Of a DNA stretch of 64,000 bases, positions 1-10,916 are shown piece after piece; positions within the stretch are counted from its first letter, which is position 1; each line of letters begins with the position of its first letter. A program made the translations under genes and the position numbers. The stretch is from Calcarisporiella thermophila CBS 279.70 (taxonomy: Eukaryota; Fungi; Calcarisporiellomycota), in assembly GCF_041956535.1 (NCBI RefSeq), contig NW_027192196.1, forward strand, positions 142,921 through 206,920, given 5' to 3'. The notes under the pieces were generated by a model. The model was not told the DNA's origin and did not search any database. It was given only the letters and a program-made list of their open reading frames with translations.

Positions 1-3
1 GAT

Positions 4-1596
4 ATGAGTAATAAACAGCTAACGGACAATGAAGGAAAGACAATAGGAAAAATGCTTCAAGAGAACAATTTTTTAGTTGATCTTTATCTTAGTTTTAATA
101 GAATATCAGCAGGAGGAACAAACGAAATTGCCTATGCACTTATGGAGAACAAGTGTCTGAGGCGACTTGATCTTGGATTTAATAACATATCAACTGAGGG
201 AGGGAAATCTATCGCTCAATTACTACGAGAGAATAGGATATTGTCTCAGCTCAATCTTGATGGCAATAACTTATCAACTGAAGGTGGAATAGCAATTGCT
301 CAAGCTCTTCTAGTAAATAAAACTTTGAAGGAACTCGGTATGTATGGCAATAACTTAGCAGATGAAGGAGGAATAGTATTCGCTCGAGCTCTTCGAGAGA
401 ATAAAACATTGGAAAAACTCAATCTGAATAGTAATAAAATATCAGACGAAGGCGCAAAGGATATGGCTCAGACCCTTCAAGAGAACCAGACTTTAAAGCA
501 TCTTTCTCTGAGCGGCAATAGCATATCAAATGAAGGGGTAATGGCAATAGCTCAAGCGCTTCGATTGAACAAAATTCTGACGTGGCTTGATTTGAGCGGA
601 AATTTTCTATCTGACAAAGGAGCAACAGCTATTGCTCTGGCTCTTCAAAAGAATGAGACTATGGAGCATCTATTTTTGAACGGTAGTAACATATCAAATG
701 AAGGGGGAATTGCAATAGCTCAAGCACTTCGAGTAAACAGAAATTTAACTCGTATTTATCTTGAGAATAATGATATATCGGATGAAGCAGGAATAGCAAT
801 AGCTCAAGCACTCCAAGTGAACCAGGCATTGCGGCATTTTAGACTGAGCAACAATAAGATAGGACCTGAAGGAGCCATGATAATGGCTCAGGCTCTTCGA
901 GTGAACAAAACCTTGGTACTGTTCGCTCTGGATGGTAATAGGATATCACGCGATGGAGGAATGGCGGTTGCTCAAGCACTTCAAGAGAACGACACTTTGA
1001 ATATACTTGATCTACGTTATAACGAAATATCAATCGAAGGAGGAATCACTATTGCTCAAGCACTTCAAAAGAATAGGGCGTTGATGAAACTTTATCTGAG
1101 TGGTAACAATATAACAGATGAGGGTGTAAAAGCAATCGCACGAGCACTCTGTGAGAATAAGACTTTGACATGTATTGAACTGCGCAGGAATCATATATCT
1201 GCTGAAGGAGGAAAATCAATTGCTCAAGCGCTTCAAGTGAATAGCTCCTTAATTCAACTCGGCCTATGCGATAATCATCTCTCAAATGAAGGAGGAGGTG
1301 CCATTTTTCAAGCGCTTCTAGTAAATAAGAATTTGACACAACTGGATCTTAGCGGAAATATTATATCAGACGAAGGTGCAATAAAACTCGCCCGAGTACT
1401 TCATAGTAACAATACAATTGAGCAACTTTATCTGGGCTATAATAAGATATCGGATGAAGGAGGAATAGCAATTGCACAAGCACTTCAAGAAAATGTAGCT
1501 TTGAAGTGTCTCCTTCTAGATGAAAATTACATATCCAAAGAAGGAAAGAATGCTATTTTTCAAATGTTGAAAGCGAAATTAAATTTACAAGTATAA
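4..1596 (+). CDS. LRR-only protein, about 18-19 RI/NLRC3-like 28-aa repeats; probably extends 5' of the window
   Basis: Intronless ORF of repeats with consensus LxxLxLxxNxIsdEGgxaIAqALxxNktL. The first codons (D-M-S-N-K-Q-L) already look like mid-repeat sequence. Confidence 0.9.
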   Translation: MSNKQLTDNEGKTIGKMLQENNFLVDLYLSFNRISAGGTNEIAYALMENKCLRRLDLGFNNISTEGGKSIAQLLRENRILSQLNLDGNNLSTEGGIAIAQALLVNKTLKELGMYGNNLADEGGIVFARALRENKTLEKLNLNSNKISDEGAKDMAQTLQENQTLKHLSLSGNSISNEGVMAIAQALRLNKILTWLDLSGNFLSDKGATAIALALQKNETMEHLFLNGSNISNEGGIAIAQALRVNRNLTRIYLENNDISDEAGIAIAQALQVNQALRHFRLSNNKIGPEGAMIMAQALRVNKTLVLFALDGNRISRDGGMAVAQALQENDTLNILDLRYNEISIEGGITIAQALQKNRALMKLYLSGNNITDEGVKAIARALCENKTLTCIELRRNHISAEGGKSIAQALQVNSSLIQLGLCDNHLSNEGGGAIFQALLVNKNLTQLDLSGNIISDEGAIKLARVLHSNNTIEQLYLGYNKISDEGGIAIAQALQENVALKCLLLDENYISKEGKNAIFQMLKAKLNLQV

Positions 1597-1757
1597 CCCA
1601 TCAATATCCAATTATACCTGTTAGTTTTTACAATTTTTCAAAGTGAATGATAAATAAAATTTCTTTGTAATAAATATTAATAATATGCCATTATTAGCTT
1701 CAGTTATATTGCGACATTAACACGCAGTTGCGAGGTTTCATTGCTACAATCTTATTG

Positions 1758-4030
1758 CAGGAGGACCTGGCATCGAGAAGAGCAAGGATCCGTCCGCGAA
1801 AAAGGCTAATGCATACCATCAGGAATGAACCTCAACAGCCGCAGGCCTTCGAACAGTCGAACCCACAATCACAAGGTACTCAATCGTTCAAATCAAAAAA
1901 CTGGAAGAAGACGGCGGGGCAAATCGGCCCCCCCCCGTCCAATGGTTAAGTCACATCGCAAGTCCTCGACAGGCGGAGCCGCGCATACCGGTCGGAGGAC
2001 GACTGCAAAAATTCAAAAGCGCGTGGCGAGGAACTCCCGCTCCAACTTGGATAGTCAGAGCGGGATACAAGATTCAATTTTGGAGTCAACCGGATCTCAA
2101 GCACCTTTCCCCACCCAAAAGACTCCCCACCAACCAAGAAAGCGCCGCAGCCATAGCGGAAGAGGTGAAAGCACTGCTAAAGAAACAGGCAAAGAGGAAG
2201 TCCCGATGAACACTCCAGGAGTAGTATCCAATATCTTCGTGATCGAGAGGCGATCGGGGAAGCTGCGCCCGGTGGTGGATCTACGCCACCTCAATCTATC
2301 GGTGAAGAAGGAGCGGTTCAAGATGGAGATCCTCCAATCCATCCTGCCACTTATCCGGAGGCACGATTGGATGACATCCATAGACCTCAAAGACGCATTC
2401 TTCCACATTCCGGTGCACGCGAGATCCAGGAGATATCTCCAGTTTATATGGGAAGGCAAGAAATATCAATTCCGAGTTCTTCCCTTCGGACTAACTTCTT
2501 CACCCAGGATATTCACCAAAGTCCTACGTCCCGTTCTTACCGAATGCCGGAGATGGGCATCAGGGTTACCGCATACTTGGACGACCTCTTGGTCGCATCG
2601 CCGACAATAGAGGAATCCAAGGAGCACACACAAAAGCTTATCAATATCCTGGAGAGGCATGGCTTTCTGGTGAATTGGGAGAAATCCGCTCTCACTCCCA
2701 CACAGGAGATCGAACACTTGGGTTTCAGGATCAACACGATCGATATGACGCTCAGGCTCCCGCGAAAGAAGGTCAGAGACATATCGCGAGTGGCCCACAG
2801 ACTCGCCAGGGTGGGATCGGCTACTCCTCGACAGATGGCAGCATTCCTCGGGGCAGCAAATGCTGCATGTCCGGCGATCATGCCGGGGAGACTATTCCCA
2901 CGCTCGCTAATGATGATCCTGACGACAGCGCTAAAAGCCAACCCCGACTGGGATTCACCTTTCACAATACCCGGGCAGGGGATGAAAGAACTCGATTGGT
3001 GAGCACAGGAGTTCAAACAATGGAACGGGAGATCATTTCTGCCTCCAGTTCCCACAAAATACGCTACAACCGATGCTTCAGACAATGGCTGGGGGGCGCA
3101 ATTCCAATCCACGATGATCGGGGGCCCTTGGTCCCAGGAGGAGAGGGAGTTCCACATCAACTGGAAGGAACTCAAAGCAGTGGAATTATGCCTAGAAGCG
3201 TTTCCGACCCTCAAGGATACGACCCTACTAATCCGGGTAGACAACACCACAGCCGTAGCATACGTCAACAATCTCGGGGGGACTCGCTCACCCCTTCTCA
3301 ACGAGATTGCACAGAAAATCTGGAAGTCCTGCCTGAAGCGACGCATCCAATTGGTCGTGGAGCACATTCCAGGCAGCCTGAATACGAAAGCGGACGCAGC
3401 CTCTCGGGAGATCAGGACAAGTCAAGCCTGGTACATCGACAGGCGCGCGTTCAACAAGATCGAAAGGGCATGGGGACCACATACAGTCGATCTTTTCGCA
3501 GACAGATTAACGAAACGCGTTCGACGGATCTTCTCATGGCAACCCGAACCGGGAGCTGCAGCGACCGAGGCGCTAGTTCAACATTGGCGCAGAGAGAAGA
3601 ACCCGTATGCCAATTCCCCGTGGGCACTGATACCTCGAATATTGCGCAAAGTGATAATCGAACAAGTCGACCTGACATTGGTGACCCCCTACTGGCCTTC
3701 AGCCCCATGGTTCCCGTTACTACAACAATTGAAGATAGCGGGGCCAATCAAGATTCCGCGGAAAGCAATTCGCATCGCCACCCCCTTGACGAAACATCCT
3801 CTCAAGAACAAGTGGTTTTTGACCGTCTGGCGCATCTCAGGGAGGAACTGCGTTCGAAGGGTCTGTCATTAGGGGCACAAAGAATCGCTCTAGAGCAACA
3901 GGAGGCTTCGGGAAAGCATCGTAGCTACCTCTCAGCTCAACGGAAATGGTTCACATGGTGCAATGAAAATGGAGTCCCTCCTTTTCTTGCTCCCGCTGCG
4001 GCAATTGCTAACTTTTTGGCTCTTCAGTAT
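1758..4030 (+). mobile_element. DIRS-type (tyrosine recombinase) retrotransposon, copy 1; decayed and truncated at both ends
   Basis: RT motifs KLRPVVDLR, IDLKDAFFHI, LPFGL, YLDD; RNase H TTDAS...HINWKELKAV; MTase-like DLFA...NSPW; N-terminal part of YR in an overlapping frame. Frameshift near 2551 and in-frame TGA at 3000-3002. Confidence 0.92.
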
Positions 4031-4036
4031 GAGCTA

Positions 4037-4586
4037 AGCTATAGGACAAGGGCTTTTAGCAAACAAGTCTTTGAAGCAACTTGAGCTATCCGACAATTTA
4101 ATATCAGATGAAGGAGGAAAAGTAATCGGCCAAGGGCTTAAAGAAAATAAAACACTGACGCAACTGAAGCTAGGGGGTAATAATATAGCAGACGAAGGAG
4201 GAAAAGCAATTGCTCAGGCGCTTCGTGAGAACAAGACATTAACATACCTTGATTTAAACCGCAATCGGATTTCGAATCAAGGAGGAGCTGCATTCGGTCA
4301 AGCACTTCGTAAGAATAAAACATTGGCTAGGCTTTACCTTGATAACAACAATATATCGGATGAAGGATGCGAATCAATAGGGCAAGCTCTAAGAGAAAAC
4401 AAGACTTTGAGGCATCTTAGTCTGTATGAAAATAGCATATCGGATGAAGGAGGAAAAGCAATTGTTCAATCACTTCAAGAGAATGAAACATTGACGCTTC
4501 TTGATATTAGCTTTAACAATATCTCGGAAGAAGCAAAAGAAGTCTGGCGTCTGGAAATAGGAGTAAACACCCCTCTGATTATATAA
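4037..4586 (+). pseudogene. 5'-truncated LRR gene fragment (about 6 repeats) abutting DIRS copy 1
   Basis: LRR frame AIGQGLLANKSLKQLEL... begins immediately after DIRS homology ends; no ATG start. Confidence 0.8.
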
Positions 4587-5149
4587 ATATAAATATGATT
4601 AAAGTGAAATAAATATATGAAAAGAAAAATGAATATTTACCAAATATACTTGTTGAATGAAAGGGGGATTGTATTTAGGTTAATTTTTTATTTGCTGTAT
4701 CTTAATGAGACTCAAATAAGCAGAGCTGTATATTAGATAGAAGGAATTTGAAGCGACCAATACAGTACGTAAAAAGAAAATATTAGTAAAGAATTAGCTG
4801 GGTTACGAAAAGTTTTTGTAAATCGCAATTGAGAACGTATATGGAAGAGGATCTTGATAATAAAATACTGTTACATTGGAATTAGATACACTGGATATTT
4901 AAAAAGCTTTTAATTTATTCCGCCCTTCATTGCTTTCAAATTTTAAAATAACTTACCCACTAGTGACGCCTATCCTCCTTCTCATGAACAATTGCATCTC
5001 AGCTAAATATACCACTCTCATGAATTAGCTGCCAGGCTGCAGGAGATGAAACCACAGAGTACTTTTATTTCAGCATATTGATGGCGATAAGAGTAGTATG
5101 GTTACACAAAATATTCAAAAAACACATGAAAGTGCATGAATAAATCTCA

Positions 5150-5310
5150 CAGAACTCTCAGGGAAAAGTATCGGTTAAATATCCCAAGAGAACGAGAGAG
5201 AGGCATAACAGGATCTCAGCAAATATAAGCTATCTAACGAAGAGGAAATAGTAATTACTCAAGCATTCCTAAAGAATAGGTCCCTACTGCACTTTCATCT
5301 GAAAAACATC
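5150..5310 (+). pseudogene. Highly degenerate LRR relic
   Basis: Partial translation LSNEEEIVITQAFLKNRSLLHFHL matches the array consensus; flanked by stops and frameshifts. Confidence 0.5.
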
Positions 5311-5732
5311 TGAAGTTGGTTGAAGGATAGAGTCACTTGATAGAACCGATAACCAGTAGCTTAGGCTATTTTTGAGCCGTTGGTAATAATGATATTCAAA
5401 TATGCTTCACGACACTTAACCGTAACAGTGTATTTTCACACTTTAGCTTTTTTGCGCCGATCTCTTAGTTATGGTATCTTTTTTTTTTTTATAATGCGTC
5501 GTAGTTACTTGCATATGTTATTTTTTCAATATTTTTATTTTCCAAAACCATCACCGGTCGCCATATAATTTTATCAATGGCAATATTATTATGGTTAATA
5601 GTTCACAAATGTTACAAATTGATAATATCAAAAAATTAACGTAATTGGAATCGGTTGTATTCTGTTGGTAGACTTGGTTTTTCAATTGCTGTTAATATAT
5701 TCTTCATATCGAATTATCGAAATTAACTTATC

Positions 5733-5781
5733 GGCCGATTTGTGACTGCTGTTTCCCTTCGATAGAAGTCACAAATCGGCC
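5733..5781. repeat. Perfect 15-bp inverted repeat with a 19-nt spacer, upstream of SnoaL-NmrA copy 1
   Basis: GGCCGATTTGTGACT (5733-5747) and AGTCACAAATCGGCC (5767-5781). Confidence 0.85.
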
Positions 5782-5940
5782 ACACTTCCTACACTAGGTT
5801 AGGTCAAAAATTTTGTACTAAGCTGTTCATAAATTAATAATCAAAACTTTTAGTGGTGCTTATTAATTTGCAAAAAGCCAGCAACTATAAATAGTCCAGA
5901 TCGCATGCATTCAAGACATAGTTTTCACTCTAAAAACATC

Positions 5941-7254
5941 ATGGCATCGATTAACTCCACAACTTCAGCAACTTTTCTCCTTGAGCAATATCTAGTTTGG
6001 ATCACAAAGGACATTGACAAATGGGCCAAATTTATTGCCCCCAATGCCATCGTTGAATTGCCATACGCTGAGACCATTGGGTTGCCGACGCGATTGGAAG
6101 GAATCGATTCTATCTACAATGCCATGCGGAATGCCATCAGCAACATGCATGGCGCTGAAATCAAAAACCTGCGTATTTTACCGGTGGAAGGGAAGAATGC
6201 CGCCATCGGAGAATTTGAACTAGAGGCCACAAACTACCAGCAGCGTTACATATCTTATCTGGAGGCCAAGGATGGGCTGATTACCTACTACAAGGAGTAT
6301 TTCAATCCTATGAAGGTGGTTGAAGCATTTGGAGATTCTGTAGCCTCAGTTCAGAACAAAGCAATACCACGTGCTAAAATTGCAGTGGCAGGGCCGGCTG
6401 GTAATATCGGAAGGGTAGTGGCAGAGAAGCTTGTAGAAGCGGGTGTCCCAGTGGTTCTCCTGGGTCTCGAAAGGCACCGTGCCAGACTCAGTGACCTTAT
6501 TGAGAAAGGCGCCCAGTTCGAGGTGGCGGGATTTGATGATGAAGAGGCATTGATTAAGGCACTACAAGGTTGTGATTCACTTTTTTGGCTCAGCCCACCT
6601 AACCCGACAGCCGAAAGCTTGGAAAAATGGTATCTATCTACTGCTAAGGCCGCAGCCCAGGCAATCAAGAAAAACGGCATCTCGCGTGTGGTTAATATTA
6701 CAACTGTTGGGGTTGGAGCCAAACCAAACCTAGGTAACATCACATTTTTGGCCGATGTCGAGAAAACATTCGATGAAATAGCACCCAATGTTCTCCACTT
6801 GAGACCGGGTTACTTCATGGAAAACCTCTTGTGGCAGAAAGACTCTCTCGCCAATGAGGGCGTGTTTCAACTTCCATTTCAGCTCGACCATGACATTCCC
6901 TGGATTTCAACTGATGATATTGGTAACGAAGCGGCTAAATATTTACTAGATAGAAACTGGGCAGGGCACTGGGCGAAGAACCTCATGGGGCCAGAAAATC
7001 TTACGTCTCCACAAGTTGCTGATCGGTTGACGAAAGCTCTGAATCGCCCAATTACATACGAACAAATATCCATAAGTGCTTTACGGGAGAGTTTGAAGGG
7101 AGGAGCTCCACAGTGGGTCAACGAAATTGTCTCGATATACCAGGCTGTGGGCGACCCAGATGGAGTATATGCAACTGCCAGGACTCCCGAGGCATCGACG
7201 CCCACTACCTTAGGAGAATTTGCGTTACGCAAGCTGAACGACATCAGACACTAA
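5941..7254 (+). CDS. SnoaL/NTF2-like domain fused to an NmrA-like NAD(P)-binding domain, copy 1
   Basis: N-terminal AIVELPYA...YISYLEAKDGLITYYKEYFNP (SnoaL/PhzA-B-like); C-terminal IAVAGPAGNIG, LRPGYFMEN, IPWISTDDIG (NmrA-like atypical SDR). Intronless; TATAAATA at about 5887; start inferred from the paralog. Confidence 0.85.
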   Translation: MASINSTTSATFLLEQYLVWITKDIDKWAKFIAPNAIVELPYAETIGLPTRLEGIDSIYNAMRNAISNMHGAEIKNLRILPVEGKNAAIGEFELEATNYQQRYISYLEAKDGLITYYKEYFNPMKVVEAFGDSVASVQNKAIPRAKIAVAGPAGNIGRVVAEKLVEAGVPVVLLGLERHRARLSDLIEKGAQFEVAGFDDEEALIKALQGCDSLFWLSPPNPTAESLEKWYLSTAKAAAQAIKKNGISRVVNITTVGVGAKPNLGNITFLADVEKTFDEIAPNVLHLRPGYFMENLLWQKDSLANEGVFQLPFQLDHDIPWISTDDIGNEAAKYLLDRNWAGHWAKNLMGPENLTSPQVADRLTKALNRPITYEQISISALRESLKGGAPQWVNEIVSIYQAVGDPDGVYATARTPEASTPTTLGEFALRKLNDIRH

Positions 7255-8004
7255 TCACTGTACCTTAACAAGGGTATGAATCTAGTGGAATATCAAATAT
7301 GGAAGATACAAATCAAGGCATATTAAATTTTACCATTTTTTAATGCCATACTATAATCAGTAACGCAACCTTCCGATATTCCTCTTTGTCCTATCCCATT
7401 TCATTTCCACATATAATGTTGTCCCCTTCCTTTCCTGATGTCTGTATTAATCGGTAACATCAAAATTTATCATTACGAAATGATATTATCACTTTATTAC
7501 TCTATATTCTAATTCCTTCCAAGTATTCAAATTCGCGACTGCCTGCATAATGATGCAGGATAACATATATTTTCGCTCGGTAAAACAAGTATAGATATAA
7601 ATAGTTATTCTATCGTACCTCTGTAGAATATCATGAGTATTAGATATTTTATTTAGTTTTCGAGACATTTTTTCAAAAAGAAACTGGAAACCGCCATCTC
7701 TATACTCATCAAAACAATCGGTATTGAGTATTTATTAATATTTCAGTTGTCGGGCAACCTCAAGCTCTATGTCCTAAAGGGAAATTGCCGATAGAATATT
7801 AAATTCACCCAATCTCAACGACTTTAATAATATGAACTAGTGCATTGCTTTACAATATTCGTGTCAAGCTAATGCTGAAAGCTTCTTATTATTATAGAAT
7901 TAACCAAGTAAACTAATTAGGGGTCAGTTTAAACACTATTTGAGACCTCTTATGCTGCCATTCTCAACGCTTAACATTTACAGTACAACAGATATTATGA
8001 TTAT

Positions 8005-8251
8005 TGTTGGAGAACGACCAGGCATGATCTAAGTCTGAATAGTTGTTGTGTTACGACGGTTATTTCATACTTATACAAATATGTATAAGCAAGTATCTTA
8101 TCATCATTATTAGTCATCATCTCCTATTCTATTATATATATAAGATGTGCTTTCTCTCTCTTTTGAATTCTCTTGTAGTGTGTGTTATTTGTGTTATCCC
8201 TTCTATCTGTCTTCTTTCCTTTTATTAATATACTCTTAATAAGATCCAACA
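8005..8251. mobile_element. Solo LTR, 247 bp, Ty1/copia-like ends
   Basis: Begins TGTTGGA and ends TCCAACA (7-bp inverted termini); 5-bp target-site duplication ATTAT at 8000-8004 and 8252-8256; internal TATATATAAG. Confidence 0.85.
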
Positions 8252-8829
8252 ATTATTAAAAATTTTTGAAATCTTGTGCGTGTCGGCATTAAATGAGCCA
8301 AAAAAATGCATCGAGCATTCTACATTCGATTGTACTATCATTGTGTTAACATAGCTTGAAAATTCTGGTTTACTTTATTGGGCATGGACACAGAATATAC
8401 GGCATTGTTTCTATTTATTGTGTCAAACTCACAGTATATATCCTAATAGTACAATCTACCCTATTAAGATTCACTATTAATTTTAATTTTTAAGTTTAAT
8501 TTTTTAATAGCTTTATGCTCACAACTTTGGCAGACAATTATTAAAAAGGGCAAGGCGCAAAAAGTTTGTTTGTATGGAGCCATATGAATACACTCGCTCA
8601 ATAAGATATTTATTTTTGAAATCGAATGTGATATCATAATTCGCAAGCTTTATTCATCAGAAACAAGCAACTAGTAAATTCAGAGTAGTCAGAACTATTT
8701 TAGAAAGAACCGATAAAGCCAGAAAGAGTTATTAATAATATTAATATCATGGGCAGCCGCACATATTGCACCATTTGCGGCAATCTCCACTGTTACAACC
8801 GTAGACTTCGCACGACTTGGGAATGCATG

Positions 8830-10335
8830 GGTAATTGCACAAGCGCTTCAAGAGAACGTGACCTTAATAGATCTTGACCTGAGTGACAATGACTTATTGG
8901 ACCAAGGAACCGAAGCTTTTGCTCAGACATTTCGAAATAATAATACTTTGTTTTGCCTTAAGTTAAAGGATAATGGAATAACAGACGAAGGATGAAAAGC
9001 ACTTGGTCAGGCACTTCGTACAAACCTAGGTTTAACACATTTATTTCTGACCGATAATATCATCTCTGACGAAGGAGGGAAGGCGATTGCTCATGCACTT
9101 CGAGAAAACAATGTTTTGACCCATCTTGATCTGAGAGGCAATATCATAACAGGTGAAGGTGGAAGAGTAATCGCTAACACACTCCGGGAAAATGAGAATT
9201 TGGCCCAACTTAATATGCGTGACAATAGAATATCAGATAAAGCTAGGGAGCTCATGGATCAATCCACTATGGCCCAGATCAAAACATTGAAGCTATTTGA
9301 TCTGGGCCTTAGTGGATTAACGCATGAGGGGCTACATGAAATTGCTCAAGCACTTCGAGAGAACACGCACTTGACACAGCTTGATTTGCAAACGAATAGA
9401 GTCACAGCTGAAGAAGGAAAATAATCGCACAAACACTTGGAAAGAACAAGACATTGACGCAACTTAATCTGGGATACAATAGGTTATCAGAAGAAGGTGG
9501 AGAGGCAATTGCCCAAGCTCTCCGAGAGAATGAGACTTTGACTCAGCTTGAAATGCAAGGAAATAAGTTGTCGGATAATCCAGTAGTTACTATTGCACAA
9601 TTACTGAAAGAGAACAAAACATTAAAGCAACTTTCTCTTGGATTTAACGAGATATCGGATGAAAGGGGCATAGCCATGGGCCATGCACTTGAAGAAAATC
9701 GAAATTTGGAATTCCTTGATTTGAGTGGCAACTTGCTAGAGGATGAAAGTGGAAAAGCTATAGCTCGGGGCCTTCGAATGAACGAAGCTTTGAAAGAGCT
9801 TGATCTGTGCGGTAATAACATTTCAGAGGAAGGTGGAAAAGCAATAGGTCAAGCACTCAGGGAGAATACGACATTGACGGAGCTCGTTTTGGGGGGTAAC
9901 AGAATATCAAAAGAAGGAGGGAAGGCAATCGCTCAAGCTCTCTTGTATAATACTACCTTAACAAAGCTTTACCTGGGTAGTAATGGCATATCAGATGAAG
10001 GAGCAAAGGCTATCGCTCAAGCACTTCGAAAAAACAATTCTTTGGTAAAACTTTGGCTTATGGATAATAATATTTCAGATGAAAGGGGATTATCTCTCGC
10101 TCAATCATTTCAAGAAAATAAGACTTTAGTGGAACTTAGTCTTTTTGATAATACGATAGCAGACGAGGGAGGAAAGGTGTTTACTCGAGTTCTCCGAGTG
10201 AACAAGACTTTAACACGAATTGATCTGCGTGATAATAGGATATCCGATAAAGGAAGAAAAGAAATTATTCAAGCATTCAAAGAAAATGAGAATCTGATTG
10301 TAAGACTGTATCAATTTTTGAAATTGATATTATAG
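8830..10335 (+). pseudogene. LRR pseudogene, paralog of 17019-19460
   Basis: Colinear with the C-terminal two-thirds of the 813-aa LRR; in-frame TGA at 8993-8995, 1-nt frameshift near 9421, no N-terminus. Confidence 0.88.
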
Positions 10336-10359
10336 TAAACTAGTCTTTTTGCATTGTTT

Positions 10360-10490
10360 TTTAAGATTTATTAATATCCAAAAATAGCAATTTTTTCTTG
10401 TATTTATCATGTTTTAACTTTTGTCATAAAACAAGGCCTTGTAACTGCCTTATTAAGTTCTCTCGAGCCTTCAAATATACATAATTCAGC
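10360..10490 (+). repeat. Non-coding segment duplicated at about 19692-19822
   Basis: About 130 nt, near-identical (a few substitutions), downstream of both paralogous LRR genes. Confidence 0.9.
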
Positions 10491-10916
10491 AACCCCAAGT
10501 CACTTCGTCGAACTGAGCAAAAAACTGGAAAAGGACGGGCGGGGCAATACATCCCTCCCCGTCCAATGTTTAGCTTCTGACGCAAGCCCGCGACAGGTAG
10601 AGCCACGCGTACCGGTTGGGGAACGTTTGTGAAAATACAGAAACGTGTGGCGAGGAATCCCCGCCCCTCTATGGATATGCAAGATAATCAGAGAAGATTA
10701 CAAAATCCAATTATGGAAGGAGCCGAGGTTCAACCACCTATCTCCTCCAAAGAGACTCCCAGCCGACCACCAGGGCGTGAAGGCCATTTCCGAGGAGGTG
10801 AGATCACTATTGGAGAAACAGGCTATAGAGGAAGTCCCACGGGACGCCCCAGGAATAGTTCCAACATCTTCGTCATATCGAAGAGCTCGAGCAAACTCCG
10901 CCCAGTGGTAGACCTA

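Noticed and set aside
2537-3367. Long antisense ORFs over DIRS (also 13076-13639) and over SnoaL-NmrA, SMC2, EXO84 and CLU1
   Set aside because: Shadow frames of real coding sequence with no recognisable motifs.
2675-4586. Possible recombinase-LRR fusion protein
   Set aside because: The YR frame stops at 4084 and the LRR is in another frame with an upstream TAA; this is a deletion junction, not an in-frame fusion.
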